Shown: in pieces, positions 10,914 to 19,745 of the stretch
Numbering within the stretch: position 1 is the stretch's first letter
Layout of the letters: each line of letters begins with the position of its first letter
Assembly (NCBI GenBank): GCA_964291315.2
Contig: OZ219753.1
Span: 1,056,001-1,120,000 of the forward strand
Direction of reading: 5' to 3'
Length of the DNA: 64,000 nt
DNA from: Candidatus Poribacteria bacterium
GTDB taxonomy: Bacteria; Poribacteria; WGA-4E; WGA-3G
Translations under genes and position numbers: made by a program
The notes under the pieces: model-generated
The model's database searches: none
What the model was told of the DNA's origin: nothing
The model's input: the letters and a program-made list of their open reading frames with translations, nothing else

Positions 10914-11347
10914 GTTTCTGTCCTTCTAAGATGGGCTTCTACGCGTTCTACGAGTACCTTAATGTCAATAGGTTTACTGAGGTAGTCATCGCACCCTGCT
11001 TTGAGAATCCGTTCCCTGTCACCAGACATTGCTGCAGCTGTTAATGCAATAATCGGTATATCTCCCCAATCAATGCTGGCTTTAATGCTCTGCGCCAATT
11101 CCTCACCACTTTGCCCCGGTAACGCAATATCCAAGAGAATGAGTTGTGGCGTGGTATTTTCTAGACTAGCAATGGCCTCAACAGCATCAGTCGCCTCAAC
11201 AACTGTATAGCCCTTCGACTGCAACACAATCCGGACAACTTTGCGGTTCAACTCTTGGTCCTCAATTACCAAGATGCGTTTCGGTGTTTCTGCCCCTCTT
11301 TTGACAGGGCACAATTCTTCGCTTTTCACGGGTTGCCCTCTATTCAT
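10910..11347 (-). CDS. single-domain response regulator (DivK/CheY-like)
   Basis: VIED, LLDIALP, ALTA, GCDDYLSKP. Confidence 0.9.
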   Translation of the reverse strand: MNRGQPVKSEELCPVKRGAETPKRILVIEDQELNRKVVRIVLQSKGYTVVEATDAVEAIASLENTTPQLILLDIALPGQSGEELAQSIKASIDWGDIPIIALTAAAMSGDRERILKAGCDDYLSKPIDIKVLVERVEAHLRRTET

Positions 11348-11401
11348 GCCCGCAGCCCGAAATCAACCGGAGTTGCAGCACTAAGTTTCCATTCCCGAAA
11401 T

Positions 11402-13747
11402 CTATGCTATTCCATCAGACTCGTTACTAGTTTCAATTTCCAAACGTCGCAGCGGAATTATCACGGTGAAATTGCTCCCTTGCCCTTCCTGACTTTTAAC
11501 GCTAATTTCGCCGCCATGCAAGCCAACCAATCTCTGCGTTAATGCTAAACCCAGCCCGGTCCCTCCATACCGGCGAGACTTTGATGTATCAATTTGTGTA
11601 AATGGGGCAAAGAGTTTGGTTTGATCTGCTTCAGAAATACCTATCCCTGTATCTATAACCTGCGCACGCAACATTGTCTCAGTGAATTCTAACTTTGTCG
11701 TAACTTTTCCGCCTTCTGGCGTAAACTTTACCGCATTGGAGAGTAAATTGTAAAAGATCTGTTTAAGTTTGATCCGGTCGGCTTCAATTGTACAGGTCTG
11801 TTTATATGTCAAGGTAAGATCCAGCCCCTTTTTCAGAGCGAGTGCGGTGATAATAGCGTTCACCTCTTCCACGGCTTCAACAATAGAGAACTTTTCTATT
11901 TGCAGCACCATCTTGCCAGCTTCAATTTTTGATAAGTCGAGAATGTCGTTAATCATCTCCAATAAATGCTGACCACTTATATGAATATCGTTGATACATT
12001 CTTTCTGTTCAGCGTTGATGCTTCCAACAAGCTCGTCTCTCAAAATTTCGGCGAATCCGATGATCGCATTTAGTGGTGTGCGGAGCTCATGGCTCATATT
12101 TGCAAGGAAATCGCTTTTTGCACGACTTGCATATTCAGCGACTTCCTTTGCTTGTTGCATCGCTTTCTGGGTTTTTATTCGCTCCGTAACGTTCAGTGCC
12201 ATACTAATGCCCAAGCGCTTGTTGTCCGGAAGCTCCCCAAGCAAAGATGAACTAAATTCCCAGATCTGCTTTTCGCCTGGCTTGGTGAGAATCTCGTACT
12301 CGCCCTCTGCCACTCGTTCTGTGGAATGATACAATTGACCAAGGTGGGTCCGGATTGCTTCAGCCTCCTTACTGCTGGCCTGTTCAAGCCACTTCGAGAC
12401 CGTAGGAACGTCTACATGGGTATACCCAGTTAATTCCGTCCATGCACGGCTGATTTGCAAGATTTCCCCATCTTCGGAGTGAATCATGATTGGCAACGGG
12501 GCATTCAGCACAGCACGCCGAAAGCGCTCCTCGCTCCGCTGCAATTCGATTTCCGCCTGCTTTCGATCGGTTATATCTGTTGAAGTCATCACGAAGCCTA
12601 CCAGCTGACCCTCATGCTTGATGGGCCCTAGACAGGAGGCGTACCAATATCTGCTCACCTGCCCTTGAACTTCATAGGTGGCGACTCCACCAGTTTCAAT
12701 GACTCGGGCACAAGCCACCCTAAACCGTTCATGATGTTCCTCCGTGAGAAAATCAAAAATGCTTTTCCCGATAACGTTTTGAGCGTTCAACCCAGTGCCA
12801 GCTGGAAACCTATTGACAAAGGTCAGACGACAATCAAGATCCATAGTTGAGATAGTATCCGGCGCACTCTCAACAAGAGAACGCCATTTCGCTTCAGAAT
12901 CCTGGACTGCTTGTTGGACGCGATAGTATTCAGTTATGTCTCTTGAGATACCACACGTCCCTTTAATACGACCGTCTCTATCGAGAATCGGAACTTTCGT
13001 GGTTGACACCCACGTGTCTTGTTCATCTGGCCACGTCTCTTTTTCCTGTTTCGCTTCGATCGGTTTCCCAGATTTGATAACGCTCTGCTCATCTTGATAG
13101 GCTTGCTGTGCATGTTCACGTGTGAAAAAATCAAAATCTGTTTTTAGTACCGCTTCTGATGGACTTTTCAAACCAAAATGTGCCGCTAAAGATCGATTAA
13201 TTCGAATAAATCGACTTTCTGTATCCTTAAAATAGATGTGATCTGGCGTATTTTCCATCAGGGTATGCAAGAAGTCGCTTTCTTCAGTATGCTTTACCAC
13301 CAGCTGCTGGAAACGTGTTTCATTTTCTTTCACCTTCGCTTCCAACTCTTTTCGCAGCGTGATGTCCCTGATGACTAGATAACAGATCTTTTTCTTAGAA
13401 CACTTTGTAACATGCCATTTCAACCACTTATACGACGTGTCTTTACACTGAAAGCGGTTCTCAAAGTTAACGCTCTCACATTCGCCAATCTTTACTTTTT
13501 CAACTTCGGCAAGGGTCTTCTGTCTATCCTCGGAGTGTATGTAGGTACCCCACTGTTGTCCTCGTATTTCTGAAGGAGGGATTCCCAGGATGGTTTGCCA
13601 GGCCGAGTTAATCGCAACAATACCTCCGTCACACCTAATATATCCAAACATGTCAGTGGAGATTTCAAGAAAAGGATTAATTTCGACGATATCTTCTGTT
13701 ACGTCTGTTACGTCAAGCGCGCGCGCTACGTTTTTAAGCTGCTTCAT
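11402..13747 (-). CDS. multi-PAS sensor histidine kinase
   Basis: Four PAS/PAC repeats, FLANMSHELRTPL H-box, NLLSNAVKFT, GTGLGL; start at 13747 after GGAG. Confidence 0.93.
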   Translation of the reverse strand: MKQLKNVARALDVTDVTEDIVEINPFLEISTDMFGYIRCDGGIVAINSAWQTILGIPPSEIRGQQWGTYIHSEDRQKTLAEVEKVKIGECESVNFENRFQCKDTSYKWLKWHVTKCSKKKICYLVIRDITLRKELEAKVKENETRFQQLVVKHTEESDFLHTLMENTPDHIYFKDTESRFIRINRSLAAHFGLKSPSEAVLKTDFDFFTREHAQQAYQDEQSVIKSGKPIEAKQEKETWPDEQDTWVSTTKVPILDRDGRIKGTCGISRDITEYYRVQQAVQDSEAKWRSLVESAPDTISTMDLDCRLTFVNRFPAGTGLNAQNVIGKSIFDFLTEEHHERFRVACARVIETGGVATYEVQGQVSRYWYASCLGPIKHEGQLVGFVMTSTDITDRKQAEIELQRSEERFRRAVLNAPLPIMIHSEDGEILQISRAWTELTGYTHVDVPTVSKWLEQASSKEAEAIRTHLGQLYHSTERVAEGEYEILTKPGEKQIWEFSSSLLGELPDNKRLGISMALNVTERIKTQKAMQQAKEVAEYASRAKSDFLANMSHELRTPLNAIIGFAEILRDELVGSINAEQKECINDIHISGQHLLEMINDILDLSKIEAGKMVLQIEKFSIVEAVEEVNAIITALALKKGLDLTLTYKQTCTIEADRIKLKQIFYNLLSNAVKFTPEGGKVTTKLEFTETMLRAQVIDTGIGISEADQTKLFAPFTQIDTSKSRRYGGTGLGLALTQRLVGLHGGEISVKSQEGQGSNFTVIIPLRRLEIETSNESDGIA

Positions 13748-13811
13748 GTTTCCGCTCCAATAGTTACGAGTCAGAGGCACCTTGCACTGCACAGTCACGC
13801 TTGCTAGCGAG

Positions 13812-14573
13812 CTACCTAGTTACCAACACCGCACGGCTCGCTAGTTTAACAACAGTTTGTGTCGTACTTTGAAAAACAAGTTCGTATAGCCTACCGTGAT
13901 GACTTGCACTCAGGGCAATTAAATCGCAATCGTTTGCTTCTGCATTTTCCAGAACATTCGCTCCGGTAAAGCCGCGGGCAGTCAGGAAATCGGCTTCAAC
14001 GTCATAGTATTCCAGGTACGCAGCCATCTGCTGTTTAATTTGAGTGGCTTCAAATTGCGTATTTGAGAGCGCGAGTCCAAGGATCGAGGCTTTCGTCAGC
14101 TCACCGATTTCCGCAACAAGCCCTAAAACATTATCGGAGTAGACATCCCCATGATGGACAGCGAGAATCTTCCGCAAAAGTGTACACTGTTCATGCACCA
14201 CGATAATAGGTCTTGTAATATGCAGCAGAACATCATCAATTTGATTCTGAATATATTTCAGGCGTCCTGATTTTACATCTTCAGGAAGACCTACAACCAC
14301 GAGGTCGGCGGATTGTGCCTTTTCGCAGATCATTTGTCGCGGGTTACCAGCCACTGCTTCAACATGATAATCCAAAAAGTCGTAAAGCGCACATTCTGCT
14401 TCCGTTCGACGCAGAATAGGTTCGGCAACCTCAGCGTTTCCACCATGGCTGCTGTCTTGAAAGAAAACGCATGATAGATGGGTCTCTAAAAGCACCGCCA
14501 ATTGCCCAGCATACTCAAAAGCATTTTTTTCATAATCCGTACTGCCAATAGCGACGAGGATGTTTTTAATCAT
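13812..14573 (-). CDS. tandem universal stress protein
   Basis: MIKNILVAI start, two USP-like halves, C-terminal STTQTVVKLASRAVLV. Confidence 0.8.
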   Translation of the reverse strand: MIKNILVAIGSTDYEKNAFEYAGQLAVLLETHLSCVFFQDSSHGGNAEVAEPILRRTEAECALYDFLDYHVEAVAGNPRQMICEKAQSADLVVVGLPEDVKSGRLKYIQNQIDDVLLHITRPIIVVHEQCTLLRKILAVHHGDVYSDNVLGLVAEIGELTKASILGLALSNTQFEATQIKQQMAAYLEYYDVEADFLTARGFTGANVLENAEANDCDLIALSASHHGRLYELVFQSTTQTVVKLASRAVLVTR

Positions 14574-14671
14574 GAGATGTCCTTTATAATTGTGATACTT
14601 ACTGGATTACTTGCAGGTCTTACGAACCAAGCTACGCTGCAATCAAAATTAAGCCAGCCAGAACTCCACTG

Positions 14672-15019
14672 CTAGTGACGTAGCAAGGCAGCAATAGCTT
14701 CTTCTTCACTCTCAAAACTGTTAAAAACGGTGATTAACCGCGCCATGACGATGAGGTTTTTGACCTGCTTGTTCACATTAATCACAGCGATTTCGCCCCC
14801 ACGCGGGTGAATATCGGAATACACTTTCATTAATACACCGAGCCCAGAACTATCCATTCCAGTTACTTCTTTAAAGTCAAATAGGAATTTTGGCGGAGAG
14901 GTTTGGGTTACTAAAGCTGCTTCTACAGCTTCCGATATCTCTTTGACACCGGGGGCGATCATTCTACCCGTCAATCTAAAAATCACTACCCCTTCCCTCT
15001 CCGACACAGTGATTGCCAT
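14672..15019 (-). CDS. STAS-domain anti-sigma-factor antagonist
   Basis: FDFKEVTGMDSSGLGVL. Confidence 0.88.
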   Translation of the reverse strand: MAITVSEREGVVIFRLTGRMIAPGVKEISEAVEAALVTQTSPPKFLFDFKEVTGMDSSGLGVLMKVYSDIHPRGGEIAVINVNKQVKNLIVMARLITVFNSFESEEEAIAALLRH

Positions 15020-15539
15020 AATATTGTGTTCCTTTAAGTTTAGATACATCTCATAAAAGACGACAAATTTAACCCCGAAATTCCTGTCTCAAACCGTTGC
15101 CACTCGGTATACTAACCGAAGGCACTGATACATTACGATCTTATAGGACGTTCAGTAGCGTTTGTCGACTCCGCAAACTGAACAACATATCATATGATGT
15201 AGACTTTGAATGCCGATTTATTCATCAATAGGTAGCCTCTTCGGCGATTTGGCTAGACCGGAACTCGCCGCTTTGAAGGCCTACCAGCACTTTCGCCTCA
15301 GTGCTTCATAGTGCTGAGCATCCGAAGAAGCTGCTGGACCGGGGGGCAGCACGTTCTCAACAAAACTCTGTTTCCCCAAGTCTATAACTTTCTCAGTGTG
15401 ATCATCCGATAAAACGCTCCAAAAACTACTCATCCTCATGTATAAATTTTTCTGTTTTCCACAAGGTTTGAATGTTTTAGGAGACTCTCCTAAGACTCCA
15501 ATCCATTTGAAGCGTCGGATAGTCTCCGAACAACACAAT

Positions 15540-15887
15540 TTAACGCTCACTTGATAGTTCCGTAACCGCCTCCTGCTCACTATTAAAATGTTCAAAGATG
15601 CTAACAAGCCGGCTTCGAACTATCAGATTTTTGATATTTCTTCCCACATTAATGACTCCAATACGACCGTTCTTGCGCGTTGCGGTAACGTGGGCACCCA
15701 TGAGTGTACCGAGACCAGAACTATCCATCATATTAACGCGTTCAAAATTAATGAGAATGCGTGGTTCATCAATGGCATCTATTTGTGAAACAATCGCCTC
15801 GCGTAACTCTGAAACTGCCGATCCCATTATCTTTCCACTCGGTTCTAAAATCGCAACACCATCTTTTTGACGAATCGTGGTTGGCAT
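15540..15887 (-). CDS. STAS-domain anti-sigma-factor antagonist
   Basis: INFERVNMMDSSGLGTL; AAGGAG RBS. Confidence 0.9.
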   Translation of the reverse strand: MPTTIRQKDGVAILEPSGKIMGSAVSELREAIVSQIDAIDEPRILINFERVNMMDSSGLGTLMGAHVTATRKNGRIGVINVGRNIKNLIVRSRLVSIFEHFNSEQEAVTELSSER

Positions 15888-15939
15888 AATCTTCTCCTTT
15901 TTATTTCCTTATAATACTGAACTCGAACCTATTTTTTTA

Positions 15940-15968
15940 ATTTTACACTTTTTTTAATTATTTGTCAA
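15940..15968 (-). promoter_or_regulatory. sigma70-type promoter
   Basis: TTGACA-17 nt-TAAAAT on minus strand. Confidence 0.65.
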
Positions 15969-16105
15969 CAATCAATTTAAGCTGCTTACGGCTACTCCTT
16001 CTTCGACTTTTGGAAAACAGACACAATTAAGACCTCTTCTTATCAAAATTCCCGCTACAACTCCTCGTTTCTCTGTGTCGGAATGAGGTGTGTCAAGCAG
16101 ATAAT

Positions 16106-16133
16106 TTGACAATTTCGGTAAATGTCGTATAAT
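16106..16133 (+). promoter_or_regulatory. sigma70-type promoter
   Basis: TTGACA-16 nt-TATAAT followed by AAGGAGG RBS. Confidence 0.7.
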
Positions 16134-16156
16134 AGCGGACAATCAATAAAGGAGGA

Positions 16157-16963
16157 GTGAAGATGAAAATTAGAAATTGGACAGAATTTGCCACAATCTC
16201 GTTGATCGTTATCGCTTTTGGGATCTTAGTTGCAAGTATTGGTTCTTTTGCTGTGCTTGATCCGAAAACCGTTGAGGTCGCTTATCTTTTTGATGAGGGG
16301 AGAGGTAGTGTTGCCAAAGATCTCTCTGAAAACCGTAGAGACGGAGAAATATCTGGGGCGAAATACACTAAAGGAGTGTTTGGAACATGTCTGGATTACG
16401 ACGGTAAAGATGATAATTTAGTTATCACCGGCTACGCCGGGATTGGAGGAACAGACCCCCGAACAACAGTTTTCTGGTTTAAAGCCGGAGACACAAGAGA
16501 ACATTCATGGGTGAAGTGGGGCCCCGACCAGACAGGAGAAAAATATTATGTGCGGGCACACCTGAGAGGCGCTGAGTGCAACTTAAGAATTGAGGTCGCT
16601 GGCGGGCAAAATTACGGGGCAGACAACGTCTGTGATAAAGAATGGCATCACATGGCAGTGGTTTTTCCCAAGGGGGCAGGCGCAGTGAAAGACCACGATC
16701 TCTACGTCGACGGCGAGCTTCAAACCAAAGAGGGCAACGATCAAGTAATGGACACCAATGACAAGGCTCAGGAGGTGAATATAGGTGACTTCTTAGCACA
16801 CCATGACTTTATGTTCGGGCTCTTCGATGAAGTCGCCATTTTTAGCGTGGACCTGACTGAAGATCAAATTAAGGCAATCAGGGATAATGGATTACAAGCA
16901 GCGCTCGGTGTGGATCCACAACGGAAATTAACCACCAGCTGGGGGATAATTAAAAAATATTAA
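16157..16963 (+). CDS. secreted LamG/concanavalin-like domain protein with Poribacteria-type C-terminal motif
   Basis: Signal peptide, YLFDEG..AKD.S, WHHMAVV, LYVDG, GLFDEVAIF; ends VDPQRKLTTSWGIIKKY. Confidence 0.85.
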   Translation: MKMKIRNWTEFATISLIVIAFGILVASIGSFAVLDPKTVEVAYLFDEGRGSVAKDLSENRRDGEISGAKYTKGVFGTCLDYDGKDDNLVITGYAGIGGTDPRTTVFWFKAGDTREHSWVKWGPDQTGEKYYVRAHLRGAECNLRIEVAGGQNYGADNVCDKEWHHMAVVFPKGAGAVKDHDLYVDGELQTKEGNDQVMDTNDKAQEVNIGDFLAHHDFMFGLFDEVAIFSVDLTEDQIKAIRDNGLQAALGVDPQRKLTTSWGIIKKY

Positions 16964-17785
16964 TTAATCCCACAGATCCAGTCCGAGTAGTTTCCGCCCC
17001 AAAGATGTCAGTTCCGCGGGCCCATAATTTTGGGCTTCCCAACCGCGCGGGTCCCCTGGATAAGGACCTCGTCCAAGTGCCCGGCGCTCCCTCCATAATG
17101 TGATCCGTTCTTGCCGTCTCGCTTCATCCATCGGATTAGGAACAGGGTAGAAGTTCATGTATTGCGCCAATCGCGGTTTATGAGCCGTATTTCGGCCATT
17201 GCCGTGTGGAAGGGCTACATGCCAAATCAGCATCGAACCCGCCTTCCCAGGCACCTGAACGAACTTTTCAGGGGAAATCTCTGGCACCCACGGATTTTCC
17301 TCAGCAATTAAAGACTTATGCGCGCCCGGCCAGCAGACAAATGAACCCTGATTGTCAGCCGTATCTGTCAGAAATAGTACACCTTGTGTGTGGAAACGAA
17401 TAGGTAGCTTTGAGGTGTCGGCATCCCAATGGTACATGCCCTTATGGTCCCACTCAGGATAGTCGGGATGCCTCGGCGGTTTCATGTTGACTCGGTCCGG
17501 ATGCACCCAAATACGATGAGTGCCGTAGACCTCGGTATAGATTTGGTGGATCGGCGGATGTTGGTAGACGTTCCACATCGCTTGGTGTTGATACATCTCC
17601 ACCATCCCCGCGCCAGGTTTATGAGGCGCGCGATACCAATCGTTTGGATCTGAAGCATCCATTTCCAAAAACGCAAAAATTGCATCAACGACTGCATCAC
17701 ATAGCTCTGTTGGAACAGCGTTTTCGATGACCATGTAACCGTATTCATCAAAATGGCTACGATGTGTTTGTGTGAGTATTCCCAT
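16964..17785 (-). CDS. phytanoyl-CoA dioxygenase (PhyH) family protein
   Basis: FDEYGYMVI, HWD, HGNGRN...R motifs. Confidence 0.88.
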   Translation of the reverse strand: MGILTQTHRSHFDEYGYMVIENAVPTELCDAVVDAIFAFLEMDASDPNDWYRAPHKPGAGMVEMYQHQAMWNVYQHPPIHQIYTEVYGTHRIWVHPDRVNMKPPRHPDYPEWDHKGMYHWDADTSKLPIRFHTQGVLFLTDTADNQGSFVCWPGAHKSLIAEENPWVPEISPEKFVQVPGKAGSMLIWHVALPHGNGRNTAHKPRLAQYMNFYPVPNPMDEARRQERITLWRERRALGRGPYPGDPRGWEAQNYGPAELTSLGRKLLGLDLWD

Positions 17786-17898
17786 CAGGCTCCCTTTCGT
17801 GTGAATGTTTTGTATTTATTAAAATAGTAGCAGCTTCATCATTCAAAGTCAATAGCATAAGCAAGCGTTGTTTCTGATAGCGGATGGAGTGCATAGGT

Positions 17899-19407
17899 TT
17901 ACCTGACGACTCTGCCATCAACAGCGTGTTGCGCAAAGGTGTGTCCACACAGGCTTAACACCGTTGGAAAAATATCAACCGAACGGATGTGCTTTTCGGC
18001 GATCGGGTAGCTCGTTGCAAGTGGGATGGACAGATGCTCCGCGATTAGGGCACCGTGTGTCGCCTGATGTTTAGGTACTTCGTAACGGGCGCGAAGATCA
18101 TAACCACTTTCAGCGCTGAGAACCAGATCCCCCGTTCGTTCGCTCCTGAAAATCTGCCACAATTGGACGATGCCATCCGGGTACCGGCTGTCGTACGTTT
18201 CATGTAATGCCTCATGTGAGGACAGATTTTCGTAGCAGACAGCGTATCCGAGCGGGTCTGTTCCAGTAAACCGATAGGAGAAGCGCAGCGAATCTGCATG
18301 TTTAAAGGGGGACTGTGCCGGTTGTGAAGTGTCGTGCTCTACATCTTGTGAATAGCACCTGATTCTGCCTTGGCCCGTTCGACTTTGCACGATAATGTCG
18401 CCTGTTTCGCTCTGCCCCGCGACCAGACCCAATCCATCCAATTCAATCAATGAAGCAGGAACTCCCGTCTGTTGAAGTTTCTCGAAAGATGTGCGTCCAC
18501 CCCATCCTTTTTTAGCAGATCTGTTTTTAAAATAGAGATGTGTCATCCCGTTTCCTGATACCATACTAGCGGACACCGCGCTCTGCCGCCAGATCTTCGG
18601 ATAATGCAGGCAAGGCCAACCGTTGTTGTCTAAATGTTGTGGAATATCAATGTGCGTATGTGTGTCCGTCATTCCGTGGTCACTAGTAATCAGAATGAGC
18701 GTTTCCTCTAGGGTATTCGCTTTTTGTAAAGAGTGGACTAGATGTCCAATAGCCGTATCTATCTCTCTATAGGTCTGAAGCACATGTGCAGAACGTATAT
18801 CTGTGAGATGTGAAAAGGTATCGACCGCTGGAAAAAGGCACATCACGAACTTGTCCCCGGCTTCAGCAGCTTCGTACAAATACCGGGTTGCTGCCCGATT
18901 GACAAAACTCCATCTATGCGAAAAATGGGCATAAGTGTAGAAAAACGGTTTTATCCACCGAGTCAGGTTTTTAGAAGGTAGACAGCCACGAGTGAGAAGG
19001 TTGTAGATATTGCTTGCAGATGAGAAAAAGTTGAAGAGTGTTGGATAACCTGCCGGTAGATCGGCTTCAAAATACAGCCCATCAATTCCCATATAACTGC
19101 AGATGCCGGGGCGTTTGAAACGGTGCGGGGACTGAAATTCTGATTTGGATAACCAACGGATACCCGGGATATTGGCTGTGCCCGGGTATAACCCCATGAA
19201 AAAAGGCACAAAGGCAGGCCCCGTTGTTGATGGAAAAACAGAGATCGCTCTGTTCAGACCGCCGCGGTCTACAACATGCCTTTTAATGTTCGGAAGATCA
19301 CCATTCTCAAGCAACTCTCTAAAGATCGCATAAGGGGCACCATCAATTAAGATGAAAACGAAGCGTTTGAAGTATGGTTCGTTTAATGTCATCGGTTCTC
19401 TGCCCAC
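17899..19407 (-). CDS. alkaline phosphatase / nucleotide pyrophosphatase family protein
   Basis: LIDG, FPSTTGP (Thr nucleophile), DTFSH, TSDHG, THG. Confidence 0.85.
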   Translation of the reverse strand: MGREPMTLNEPYFKRFVFILIDGAPYAIFRELLENGDLPNIKRHVVDRGGLNRAISVFPSTTGPAFVPFFMGLYPGTANIPGIRWLSKSEFQSPHRFKRPGICSYMGIDGLYFEADLPAGYPTLFNFFSSASNIYNLLTRGCLPSKNLTRWIKPFFYTYAHFSHRWSFVNRAATRYLYEAAEAGDKFVMCLFPAVDTFSHLTDIRSAHVLQTYREIDTAIGHLVHSLQKANTLEETLILITSDHGMTDTHTHIDIPQHLDNNGWPCLHYPKIWRQSAVSASMVSGNGMTHLYFKNRSAKKGWGGRTSFEKLQQTGVPASLIELDGLGLVAGQSETGDIIVQSRTGQGRIRCYSQDVEHDTSQPAQSPFKHADSLRFSYRFTGTDPLGYAVCYENLSSHEALHETYDSRYPDGIVQLWQIFRSERTGDLVLSAESGYDLRARYEVPKHQATHGALIAEHLSIPLATSYPIAEKHIRSVDIFPTVLSLCGHTFAQHAVDGRVVR

Positions 19408-19745
19408 ATATCGTTTCTTTGCCGAAATAAAATTTCAGGTGCGATCGCACCAGCACTTTGAAAAGACACTGAGCCAACGCTAAGGAGGATTCGGTGTCTG
19501 CCAAGCTCAGACCCACACAGTGGAGGTCAGACACGGATGCACAAAAAGATCGCCTAGATTCTTACCCGAAGGAATCTCTCAGGGGCACTTTGATAAAACT
19601 TAAATAATTCGTCTTTGTATAACTTACACTACAAGCACTAGTATATGTGTGTATTAAAAATATAATCAAGTCAAAAATATATGGCGGTTCACTCTTCACG
19701 CCTCCATGGAACCGAAGATATGCGGCTCCGAATCGCTATTAGATC

